DNA of 62,585 nucleotides, counting the filler, from Basidiobolus ranarum (taxonomy: Eukaryota): assembly GCA_040143965.1 (NCBI GenBank). It is 2 parts of 2 records of this genome, joined end to end, with 100 filler letters (N's around TTAATTAATTAA, not from the genome) between each part and the next. Parts side by side here need not be neighbours in the genome. Positions count along the whole stretch, not along the records: positions 31,461 to 62,585 come from JASJQH010000091.1; 1 more part is not named here. One strand, 5' to 3'. This document shows, in pieces, positions 41,291 to 53,181 of the stretch. The number at the start of each line of letters is the position of its first letter. Within the stretch, counting starts at the first letter, position 1. A program made the translations under genes and the position numbers. The notes under the pieces are model-generated. The model saw only the letters and a list, made by a program, of their open reading frames with translations, searched no databases and was not told where the DNA came from.

Positions 41291-42924
41291 TTATTCGGAC
41301 TTCTTCTTCTTCTTCTTGTCTTTCTTCTCCTTCTTTACCTCTTCGTCATCTGAATCGGCCTTTCTCTTCTTTTCCTTCTTCTCTTTCTTTTCCTTTTTCT
41401 CCTTCTTCTCGCTCTTAGGGGCCTCTACTGCGACCTCTTCGGATTTGGCGGGAGTGGTAGGAACAACGGCGTCAGTCTTGGTGTTGTATGAGCTGACGTT
41501 GTTGTTGAACTCGAACTTCTTTTGTCCCTTAGGAGTCTTATTAGGAGTTCTGGTGGCACCGGCAGCGAAACGACCTTCCAATTGACGAAGACGGGCTTCA
41601 ACCTTGGCACGGTTCTCCAAACCAACCTCAGGGGTATCCTTATCACCGAGAGCATCAACACGGATGGAGATGGCGGCCTTGGTGGCGAGCATACGGGCAA
41701 TCTTACCCTTCATCTTAGGACCAGCTTGTCCGATCAAAGAAGCGTGGTAAATCAAACCATACTTGGGTGTATCGTGTTTGGTCTTAAGAGCTCTGAAGAG
41801 AGCCTTTTCAGCACCGAGAATTTGAACAGTGGAAGCGGGGTGCTTGGCAAGGTTCATGAGGGAACCAGCATGAGCGATCAAACGAGCACCAACCAATTCA
41901 CCAACAAGGGTGGTCAAGTTAGGAGCGATAGCAACCATACGGTTCTTAAGATATTCGTAAAGTTGAGTACGGTATTCGGTGATAGAGATAACTTGCTCAC
42001 ACAAGTGAGTAATGTTCATAATATCTTCATCAGAAATTTCGGTACCCATAGAAATCTCAGCAGCATCCTTCAACTCCTTCTCAAGTTCTTCGGGGAGGAT
42101 GGTAGAAAGATCAGTCTTGGAGCAGTTGGTACGGAAACCCATCACTTTGACAACACGAGCGAAAGCCAAGTTATCAACAATGATCTTGGCCATTTCGGGG
42201 AAATGCCATCCATACCATTCTTTGGCACGCATAGCATAAGTATTCAACTCTTTGTCCAAATCGTCAAGTAAAGCGATGGCTTGAACGATCATAGTATCAA
42301 CCTTATCGGGAGAGAACTTAAGCTTATAACGGGAGAGAGAGTGGGAAAGACCAAGAGCCATGGCATTCATGTCGGATTGGGGAATACCAGTTAAAAGGGA
42401 AGAGATTTGGCTACGAATACCACGGTAAAGTTCGTTAACAGTAGAGTCGGAAACGATCTTGATACCAAGCTTCTTGGAAATGGCACCACCTTTAGAGTCA
42501 ACATGTTAACAAGGGTAAAGGAAGATGAATTCGATATCAAATCGAACAGAATAGAACAGAACCATACCAAGCTTGGAGTCAGCAACAATCAAACTCTCCT
42601 TCTTCATTTCTTTCTCACTAATCTCGTCACTCAAGAACTTTTTCAAACTTTTATCAAGCTTTCCCTCGACAATAGCAGTGGCAGCTGACAAGGCATCGAT
42701 GGTGTTTTCAAACTTTTGGAAAGCCTTCAATTTGATACTATCATATAAAGCATTTAATAAATTGGATAAGAAACACCGAAACCCATAACAAGATATACTC
42801 ACGTTTGGTTGGCCTTCTCGGCAGTGTCGAATTCCTTATGTAAATCATCAGGCTTTTCGATCTTTCCGTCGTCTAGAAGTTTGAACAAGGCATAACCAGC
42901 GGGGGTTTCGTGAAGTACCAACAT
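41291..42924 (-). CDS. NOP58: Box C/D snoRNP protein Nop58, three exons
   Basis: [54 protein letters not shown]-rich tail. Confidence 0.96.
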
Positions 42925-43730
42925 TTTTTTATACAAAAAAAGAACCGACTATAATAAGTGTAAGGGGGGGAAACAAACACCGTACGGAGAAGTCAAAGGC
43001 TGCCTTTAGCCAACAAGACTTGAAGTTAGGTTAGTAGGAGAAAAAAAAAACTGTGATGATGAAGAAAAAAAAAAGTCGCGAAAAAAATTCAAAGGTTGAC
43101 TGATTGGAGGTATTTCAAGGATTTTTTATTGAACTTTTTTAAAAATAATCAATCTGGCTAATTAAAATTTTCAATTATTCTCTAAATGCTAGGGAATTTT
43201 TTTTATTCTTCCTTGGTTTTTTTTCTTTTCTTGAAATGCTTTTACAATCAGTGAACAAGCGTGACTTGATTTTATGCTTTATATATATCTGGAAATTGGG
43301 GTCCTAAGGAGTGTTAAAAGTGGTCTTAAAACCGGACTGTTTAAATAAGTAATTTAAGAGTGGCTCTTGTCTAAGATTTTTCAAGTTAGTCTAAATAGTG
43401 GATCGCTAATTCTACGGATGATGAAGGATGTTAGGGTTAGGGCGAGTGACAGTTGGGATTTTGCAAACAACTCCTTACCATAGCTTCAATATCACTAACC
43501 AGTACTTCCAAGGCTTGCAATCATAACACAAATATCACAGTATCCATTAATTCCAAAGCTTGCAACCATAACACAAAATCACTTTACCTAGTTTATGTAC
43601 ACCTTAGATAATCAACAAACATTCAATGATTGGGCAGAAACTAACTAGCACTAGCTGTATTTATTAAATTTAAAACAGAGTACAAAGCGTAGCGTAAAAT
43701 GCCACCTGATAGGCGCAATATTTCAACGAC

Positions 43731-44188
43731 TTAAGATTCCATCAATTCACGAAGACGACGAACGGTACTGCGAACAGTTGCAGCGGCGGTGGTAGAGACA
43801 GTCCAGGCACCTCCGGCCATAACCTTACGGCAGCCACGGCATTCCCAAATACCTACAGATTGACGTTTGACGGCATCCTACATAACCAATCATCAATACA
43901 ATGAATCCATTGGAGACGTTAACCAAGAATCATCTCTACCTTGCCACAGAAAGTACAGGTGTACTTGGCGTGTTGGGTGATTTCCATCTTCTTCACTTGC
44001 TTACGAAGGGAAGCACCATAACGGGTACCGTATTTACCAACAACTCCAACCTTTTTAGTACGTTTAGCCTAAAGTCGTAGATTTCGTTAGCATATAAAAT
44101 GATTGATTCTACAACATGCTTGGTGTATACATCTACTCTAAGGAAATGGATGTTGTAAAGAAGTTAGATTGATGGATGTACTAACCAT
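43731..44188 (-). CDS. RPL43: 60S ribosomal protein eL43 (L37a), three exons
   Basis: [68 protein letters not shown]. Confidence 0.95.
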
Positions 44189-44669
44189 TTCGAAGATTTA
44201 CTAAGAAAGGATGCGAAAGAAAGTACCCATCGGGCTTCTTCACCCTCTTTTGATGAATTCCAAAATCACCATTTCTCCTACGGACATCCTCCACCAATGA
44301 GTTTCCATCATTCCTCCAACAAATTTCATCCTGGAAAAGAGGATATTTTTGGAAGGCAGAATTATCGATATTTACCAAATCACCCCCAGGAATGGGGTAA
44401 TAGAATTGGAGGTTGATTAAAGTTCATTTATTTCAAGTGAACATGGGGTTGCTTAAACTATCGGTGGTATTACAAGAGAGTGATCATGGAATAGGTGATT
44501 CCGAAAAAGTTGAATCACTTTATAACACTGGGTTGAAGTCTTGGTGGGTCTAGGCATTGTAGAGTGATTGAGCGATATCGAATCGGAAAAAGTAAGCTAT
44601 CAGCAGATATTTACAGAGATATACCGATAACTCCTGCGATATAGGTATTTGAGAAAAGGAGACAAGCTT

Positions 44670-45699
44670 TCAAGGGATGGTGTGAATGTGTGGTTCATCC
44701 CGTAGTAAAGGATTGTGATGCCTTGATGATGAGAATGTATATCGGTGAGAAGCTAGCACTTCTTCATTCACTGTGTACCGATGGTTATCAGGTCGAAGTA
44801 ATAGGATAATCCCATCACTACAAGATATAGCCACTGCATGAAGGTTAAGGTCGCCAAAACTTGGTGAAAGAAAAACAATGGGAAAAGATGTCATTGACTC
44901 ACGCGACTTGATGGTCAAAAATGCGTGATCTAGGGTATACATGTCCTCAGGAGGGATGTAGGATAAAAGTGGTACACCGATCATATCCTCTGGCGTTATA
45001 CCCAGTAGGGTCTCAGAGGCATTAGATGCAAACAGGATGGCGTGCAGTAGGGTGAATCGATTGATAACAAGACACACCCTTGGCTCAGGGGTAAGGTTGC
45101 TGAAGGCAGAGTCCATGTTGGGGTATTTTATGAGAGATATCGGTCTATTGAAGGAATCCTGTATTTAAATAAACATTTAGAACCTCATAGTTTCAAGAAG
45201 TACCTGGAATAATAGTACCAGTGTTTCCAGGCCCTCACTGAGAACCCTTGTTCTCTCAATTGAAGCCAAACGTTGATATGCTAGAAAGGGGATTTTCCAA
45301 AGTTAATTTCGTTAGAATTAGTGCCAAGATTTTTGAACTTGTATGTTCCGTTTACTTACGTATAAGTTGGCATTTGAAGTGAGGCGGGCCTGTTACTAAA
45401 GAGTATGTTACTACAATTATATCGTAACAGATCACACCAATCAATTCCACATAAACATAAAACCCTTCCTCGTGCTGCGCTCTACACAGGATTACCGAAA
45501 ACAGCTTATCTTCTTTGAGTGCCGCATGATATACCGTTCGAATTCCCTCCTTGTCATCGGGATGATAAAAAGCATCCCACTTTTGACCGATTATATCCTC
45601 AGGCTCAAAGCCTAACACTTCACTTATGTTGTCTGAGACAAAAAGAATGGTTGCATCAGGTGCATATTCCAAGAAGAGCATGAAGTTGGGCTCTATCAT
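44670..45699 (-). CDS. Tandem PAS-PAS protein with no output domain, three exons
   Basis: ILFVSDNISEVLGFEPEDIIG..HPDD and ILFASNASETLLGITPEDMIG; GT-AG introns join exons in frame via a small middle exon starting at 45280. Confidence 0.8.
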
Positions 45700-46301
45700 G
45701 GTAAATATTTTAAAGCGGGGACCAAGTATAAAATAATGTTATGAGATAGAGGTATGCAATAAGATAGTAACACAACAGAAGTTTGGAAAGAGAACTATAA
45801 TAGTACAAGGTTTCCACAGGATATAGTGTGGATAGTATTCTAAAGAAAAATGAATAATGGAGTAAAACGTTGACCCAGTTGATTATCTTTCATCCGAATG
45901 AACGCGATTAAGGATTAAATAATTATCCTGAAAATCAAATATTATCCTGTATCAATAAATGGGATATTTTCCCAGTAAGTACATTCTGAATGATTTACCA
46001 ATCCTGATCTGTACGCCTCAGTTGCGAAACGCTACACCACTCTTCGAAACTACCATTTGAATGAGTCTCGACAAGTTCAGGAATATCTACTTTATGCTCC
46101 AACTTGACTCCTAATGATCGGAGGTGGAGTGACCAACAAGTTGGCATATGATCGGAAGCTAATGACAAAGTAGTGTAATATTATGAATGCAGACAAGTTG
46201 TATGATGACACTGGGGAATGTTGGGATGTTTATTTCCTTCTGTATCTCTGTACAGTAAGGTTGATGAAACCAAAAAACCTGATTTATGAAGAAAGATATT
46301 A

Positions 46302-46901
46302 TTAACGGTTGGATTTGGCAACACGTTCCAATTCATCCTTCTTCTTAATGGCATAAGAGTTAGCAGAACCCTTGGCGGCATTGATAAGCTCATCAGCCAA
46401 ACATTCAGCAATGGTCTTGACATTTCTGAAGGCAGATTCACGAGTACCGGTAGTCAACAAGTGAACAGCTTGGTTGACTCTTCTCAAAGGAGAAACATCA
46501 ACAGCTTGTCTACGGACAGTACCGGAGCTACCAATACGGGTAGAGTCTTCACGAGGGCCAGAGTTAATAATGGCATCAATGAGAACTTGAAGGGGGTTTT
46601 GGTCAGTAAGAAGATTGACGATTTCAAATGCGTGCTTGACGATACGAACGGCCATAAGCTTCTTGCCGTTGTTACGACCGTGCATCATAAGAGAGTTGGT
46701 CAAACGTTCGACGATGGGGCATTGAGCCTTTCTGAACTTCTTGGTGGCATATCTACCAGCAGTGTGAGGCAAGTAGACAGGGGCGCGAATTTGAAGATAG
46801 TCAGTCAAGGAGATATCCTTGATTTCGAGATCTTCATAAGACCACTTGTTGAAAAGCATAATGCTCTGGGCATCACCGGTAATTTCAGCAGGAAGGGCCA
46901 T
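46302..46901 (-). CDS. RPS5: 40S ribosomal protein uS7
   Basis: [44 protein letters not shown]. Confidence 0.98.
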   Translation of the reverse strand: MALPAEITGDAQSIMLFNKWSYEDLEIKDISLTDYLQIRAPVYLPHTAGRYATKKFRKAQCPIVERLTNSLMMHGRNNGKKLMAVRIVKHAFEIVNLLTDQNPLQVLIDAIINSGPREDSTRIGSSGTVRRQAVDVSPLRRVNQAVHLLTTGTRESAFRNVKTIAECLADELINAAKGSANSYAIKKKDELERVAKSNR

Positions 46902-47343
46902 GGTTCCTCAGACCTAAGTTATAATGATTAAGAGTAAGATGGATGTACTTGCTTAATACGTAGATGATAAATCTAACTAGACTTAATATTCAAACTTACC
47001 GAACAAAACAGAAAGGTTAGAACCAACAGGGAAAGAAGGGTCACTTTATGACACACCAAAGCATTTCTACCATCCGAGTCAGCTTTGGGGACCACCCCTA
47101 GATAATTGGGTTTTTTTTCTTTTTTTCCCTAGACAGGATCTTGTGCAGTTGAACTCGGCTTCAATTTCATTAACTAAGTTACTATCTGAAAATTTTCATG
47201 TCAATGAGGGTTTACTTGGGTGAAAAATATGATGATTTGATTGGCTTAAGGGTTTTTTTTTCTGTGATGAGAGCTATTGATATGTCAACTTAACATGCAA
47301 TCCAGGTTTCTCCTCTTCCTATTTCTCTCCGGATTGATACAAT

Positions 47344-47578
47344 ATGGCCCACGAAGCTGTCTGGAACTCTCGCCCTCGTAACTACGGTAAAGGCTCTCGT
47401 GAATGGTAAGTAGAGATAGACTTTTCCTATTCAAGTGCTCAGCCTTACTTATTACTCTCAAATTAATAGCCGTGTGTGCACTCACCGTGCCGGTCTCATC
47501 CGCAAGTATGGTTTGAACGTATGCAGACAGTGCTTCCGTCAATACGCCGCTGACATCGGCTTCGCCAAGTATCGTTAA
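47344..47578 (+). CDS. RPS29: 40S ribosomal protein uS14, two exons
   Basis: [56 protein letters not shown]. Confidence 0.97.
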
Positions 47579-48941
47579 AAACTTGAACGACGTTTTTATT
47601 ATTTAATACGTTAATCACACAATACATGCTGGTATATTCGTAAGCGATCTTATGTCGGGATACCTTAATAAAATCACATCTGATTATATATGAACTTTCA
47701 GTCTCACCTCATTGTTATATGCTGTTATGTTGCTCATGGATGTATGCACATGGCACAGATTTGGATTCACTGAATTTATAATCACGTGAACGTCGGAGGA
47801 GTGTTTAACCAAGTATATTTCATGACTAAACAGCTCATGACGTATCTACTCATAAACCTGTATTTAATATATTTCGTTTCTCGGCTTTCATTTGCTTAGT
47901 CCAAACGTAGAGCCCATAGCCCGAATAGCCATCCCACTTCCAATCATCATCCGAGTTTTTAGACTCCGAGATAATCAGAATGCCGCAGACTCAATCATCT
48001 CCGCCTTGCCCAAATGAAGGAACGGCAAGCTAAGATCATGGTCAGAATATATCTAGAAATATCTTAGGGACCTGGATTTACTCATTTGTCCATACAGTTG
48101 AATTAGGATAGATGAATCATCCTCTCGACTGAGACATTGCTTATATGTTCAGTGTCTAGATATTCAGAAGAACTCCACCTTCCATTTCATCCATCTCATC
48201 CATAATAACTGCTTTTGCTTTTGTTGCTAGCTGTACGTCCCTGCTCTACTTTCTCGGTATGGAATCTGCATCCTTTTGATAAAACGTCCTGTATTATGCT
48301 CCCGTCCAATGATGTCATTTTACACTCATGACTCTATCCTAACCAATCATTTGCGACTTAATGAGGTAATTACACAGCTGATTACATCATCTCCATTTGA
48401 TCAGACCCAAATGATCTTTGGTTTGATTGGTTTGAAAGAAGACTAACAAAAATGAAACTGGTAGGAGTAGATGTGCAATTGATGAGTGAGCTTCCGGAAT
48501 ACATGTCAAGAAAAGAATGTGGGGAAAGAGAGACTGGTATATATCGGTAGCACTGATGCTAAGTTGGTCCAAAATCGAAGAATCTAGTTATTTCAATAGA
48601 TTGGAATATTTCAATGGATACGATGAGACTTGACATTGCCCATTTTGTAACATCAAAAATTTCCGTATTTGTAGCGACGTATCGGATTGTCTTGTTCTTG
48701 AATGAAGTATTCTTATTGATTGGCCGGCATACCATAAAGGAAGCTCAGAGGAGGAAATCAATTGATAGAATGTTTGCCATAAATGGATACTTACTTTGAA
48801 GTAGTCCAATATATAAAGGGATCTTTCCCTCATGATGATATCACAGTTTCTTAACTTCTACTTGACTCTTACAGTCATCACCATCGACACTCGAAACCAT
48901 TAGTTTGTTGTTATAGTCGACCAAATTTCTAACTACTTGAG

Positions 48942-49960
48942 ATGAGCGAAACAGTATCACGACTTGGTCTTCCACGTACTGATTTTTCTGAAGGTAAGCT
49001 ACATTTAAATGATTCAATTTCCAATTCATTATCACTCATTATTCCAATTATTTTACTATAGCTGATATCGGTGCTCCTACGCCGACACGATTTCTTCTTG
49101 AATGTGGTGAATACAAATTGACTCCTAGTATTTCTGCTTTGGGGGAAATCAACCCTTTTGAAGCTAGTTTTAATTCGACTGGTGGCAAAAAAGAGGTGCT
49201 CTTCTCGACCCCTAACACAAATAGTAAAAATGCATCCGTGCCTAATGCTACCCTAGCCCCTATACCTCCTCCTCCATCTTCTAATATCACCTTGGTACCT
49301 ACTAGCGTCCCAGAGATAGCTTCGTTACCCAAGACAGAGTCCAACCAATACACAAAGGCAACAACGACAGCTCAACCATTCAATAAGACGTCCCAAAACT
49401 CTGCCCCACCTAAATCATCGGAGCCGGTTTCCGAAGCACTCAACACAACGACCTCGAGAGCGAATGAAAATATGCATGATCAATATAGTAGCTCTGATGA
49501 TAGTCAAAATGATAAATACGACAAGTCCAGTGGTTATAAAAGGAAAAGCTCTAGTAATGGTGACAATGATGAGGATAAACGTCGTCGTTTCCTGGAGCGC
49601 AATCGAGTTGCAGCTTCTAAATGTAGACAAAAGAAGAAAATGTGGGTAAAGGAATTGGAATACAAATCAGATGAGATTTCTGCTAGAAACAAACAGCTTC
49701 AACAACTAGTCGGTCAACTTAAAGAGGAGTTACTTCATCTGAAAAGTCAACTTCTTGGTCACCGTAATTGTAACTGCAATGTTATCCAACAGTACGTTCA
49801 AACAAGCGGACATTTCGGTCCACTCCCACTGGATGCCAATGGATCAGCAGTTATGGGAGCAGGTGTGCCAATGCAAATCCCACAGGCTAACCTACCACCC
49901 CAACAAACCTTTTCCAACATGAGCTCAGTGGTCGGGCTTCCACCTTTTGTGAATAATTAG
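48942..49960 (+). CDS. ATF/CREB-family bZIP transcription factor (Atf1/ATF2-like), two coding exons
   Basis: Exon 48942-48993 spliced to 49062 in frame; PTPTRFL, NPFEASF, KRRRFLERNRVAASKCRQKKK, leucine zipper ending LLGHRNC. Confidence 0.9.
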
Positions 49961-50381
49961 ACTAGTAAAAGAGAAAGCTCAAAACATTAATTCCCATGAC
50001 GTATTTACTTTCCACATTTTTGTTATACCTTATGGCATAACCTGTCGATTCATCCCAAACTTTGTAAATAATCCATATTAATTAAAGATCTTCTTGTCTT
50101 GCATTAAGAAATAATCTCCATAGCCACACGCATTCATTCGAGTAAACAAAGAACCATTGTTAGTAGCTTCTATTTTACTCTCACAGAAAAGGAAGACACA
50201 CTGACAATGGAATCACAATCAATGAATAGTGATTTTTATGAATGAAAGATTCTGCAGAACAATTCGTATGAGGATGTGCATGTAAAATGTGCGATTAGGG
50301 TTATGAAATATATAAGGAGCTGATCTGATGATCACTATACTATACTACTACTGCTACCACTAGCACCAATCCGATTGCCAA

Positions 50382-51853
50382 CTAATCCGATATAAACAAG
50401 TAGCTTAAGATATCACTAAGAGATACGATTCCTAGTAGCTTATCGTCAGAGTCCACGACAATGAACCGGCGAACTCGTGATTGACGAATCGTATCAAAGA
50501 TAGAAAGTAAGGTATCATTGAGACGACATGTATGAACTCCTTCAAAATCCTAATCAAAGGTAAGTGGGTGTAGAGCTTATGAAATCAAAGTAGTTGTGTT
50601 TACCTCAGGTCTCCGGAGCAATGCTTCTTCTGCCGGCATATCGAGATCATAGAAGGCTCCCTCATGTGCAAGAATCTTAACATAGCGATTAGTATTGAAT
50701 TGTCATAGATTAGTGGATGTGTTGTAGTTTACCATAACATCAGAGTGCTCATACACATTAAGAACAATGTCTATCAGATGAATCGGTAAATACTCGTTAA
50801 CGAATGTAGATTTTGATTATACTTGAACAAACATACTATTCTCATCCACTATAGGAACAGCTGAGATATCTCTTTGAACAAAAGTGTTGATGATTTCGAT
50901 GACTGGAGTAGACATAGAGGCTGTGGCTAGATTCTTATAAGTTCCAATCTTGAGCTCAGCCAATGGTTGACAGAACAATTTTTTCTCTTTGTACTGAATG
51001 TTATCGAGTTAGAATCAGGTCCCAGTGGAATATAGTATTGTGGGATAAATGCTCACATTAGATGCTACAAACTTCAATATACGACTTTGGGTTAATACCG
51101 AGATAATCACATCGTCTCCGGTTTGCGAGTCTTTGTCTACCAACGCTAAGCGTTGCAAATTAGCGTCAATCATAATCTTAGAAGCATGATACAAAGAGTC
51201 CAATGGATGAGCAGAAACGATAGCTGGTGTAGGAACTCCCAATTGTTCTTCAATACCTAGTACCAATAAAGGCATGTTACTTCAGCGTCCACTTAGTATT
51301 ATCAAAAGTAGTACGCTACCTCGTAAAGCGTGGATTTTTAGCTGTTCAATCTCTTCCAAGGCTTCGGTATATGAAGAATGTTGATAAAAATATTGTATAA
51401 GGTTGATGAAATCGGCAACAGTTAACATGCCGGCAAACTTCTGTTGTGCAGCATCCCATATAGGAGCGGAGGCAACTCCTGGAGTAATTCCAACCAATAA
51501 ATTAGATGCTTGTCGATAAACTTCAGAAGTATAATAAACTAACCATTTTGTAATAGAGCGGCTAAAGCTTTCTTCACTAATAAACCAGAATCCAATACTA
51601 TAGCTCTAAAACTGATGGGTAATACGTCGTAACAGAGCTGTTGCTTTAAATATTGACTTAGTATTTTTGGTACTTGTAAACTATCCAGGCTTTCCCCTTC
51701 GTCCTTGGAAATATTCTCCAAGTTGCTTTTATTGGATATATTCTGAGGATCGGTTGGTATACCACTAGGATTAAGTGGCGAAAAGGTGGGCGGTGTAAGG
51801 TAATGGCTAGAATCCGTACCTTCCAGTATTCCTAATGACTTCTTGCTGTTCAT
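50382..51853 (-). CDS. SNF4: AMPK gamma subunit (CBS domains), multi-exon
   Basis: CYDVLPISF..LLVKKAL, SAPIWD..FAGMLTVADFI, LTQSRILKF, SAVPIVD, VSLSDILSY; start uncertain. Confidence 0.9.
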
Positions 51854-52310
51854 TTCATGAGACTTTCTATGGTAAAAATGATATTTAGGAATATAGGCCA
51901 AAGTTGAGTTGGAACTAGCTTTGTCAACTATATATGTGGTTTGGGCTACGTAGATAGGACACGGAAACTCCCTTGACCTTAGAATGGCAACATCTGGTCA
52001 AGTATATTCAGATTCCATAAAATCGAGACATCCAATAGATGTGATTGAAATATCGATTAATCATTCTATGAATTTACACAGCAATCTGCGATAATACGAT
52101 GTTGCGATAATGGGAAAGTTTGAGGTTTGTATTGAATCAGATATACATGCAGTATACGATTCCTCACCCTTCCAAACATGAAGAATGAAACTTTAATTTA
52201 TTGTGATTTTCTTTCGGAATGAAATGGAATGATGATTGTATATATTAAACGTAAGGAGAGCGGAGAGGGGAATGTGAAAGTGTAACTTTTGACAAGACAG
52301 CTTCAAGAAT

Positions 52311-52764
52311 TTATTGAAGTGTAGCAAAAAGCTTGGGAGCAACCTGAGAAATATTGTCGATTTAATACCAAATTGAAAAAAGTTACTTAAAATTCTATTC
52401 TACTTACACATTCATCGATGCAGTGTTGTAAATGGAAGAACTCTTCAACACAGTTCTCATTGGCACCGTTGGCAACTCTGGCAGCACATTCTTCAAGGTG
52501 ATGCTTGTAGGAAGCACACTTGGCGGATTGAGCACACTCTAAAAATGAAAAGGTTAGGAAAACCTTGATCAGATGGATCTATGTCTATAGAAGAATAAAC
52601 AATCTAGTATATGAACCTTCTTCAAGTTGGGGCTTAACGTCTTCTGGTTCTTCCTCTTCTTCTTCCTCCTCCTCTGCTTGCTCCTCCTCAACTTCAGGGG
52701 ATTCTTCTTCTTGCTCTTCAGCAAAGACAGTAGGGAAGAGTTCTTCAAGGGCTTTGAATAGCAT
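52311..52764 (-). CDS. QCR6: Cytochrome bc1 hinge subunit, three exons
   Basis: Acidic N-terminus, EDVKPQLEE, C..C.SYKHHLEECAARV, ENCVEEFFHLQHCIDECVAPKLF. Confidence 0.93.
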
Positions 52765-53181
52765 GTTTAGATGGTGAGTGTTTGTGTTGTGACAAAATAA
52801 AGCGACCAAGAGAGGTTGAGTTTGGTGACTCGAAAAACGGTAGATTTTTTCAAAAAAAAAGCTTTATGATACGGGGAACCCGGGGGGAAGTTGGGTTGAT
52901 TGAATATAGAAGGTTTTTGGGGTGATCTAGTGATTTTCCCCACATTTAATTCTCTACCAAAAATTTTTGTTTAGGAATAATTCGGACTGGGGTGAGCATA
53001 TAGATGCATACATGATTATGAGCATAATATCTGGAGAATAATTTCTTGGAGCCCCAGACGAAGATTAGTGTAAATGTCATCAGTGTTTATTTTGTGTGTA
53101 AAAGATGATATTATAGTGAAGTTTGAATAAGTTATCTTAGATGAATATTTACAACCGATGAGGCTAACCGTGGCCATTAAC

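Noticed and set aside
41316-42271. Long antisense ORFs over NOP58 (likewise over RPS5, RPS25 and the G/V genes)
   Set aside because: Expected shadow ORFs from strong codon bias on the coding strand
43431-43442. TTAGGGTTAGGG (and CCCTAACCCT near 31082) as telomere remnants
   Set aside because: Only two units; cannot be distinguished from chance or a promoter motif
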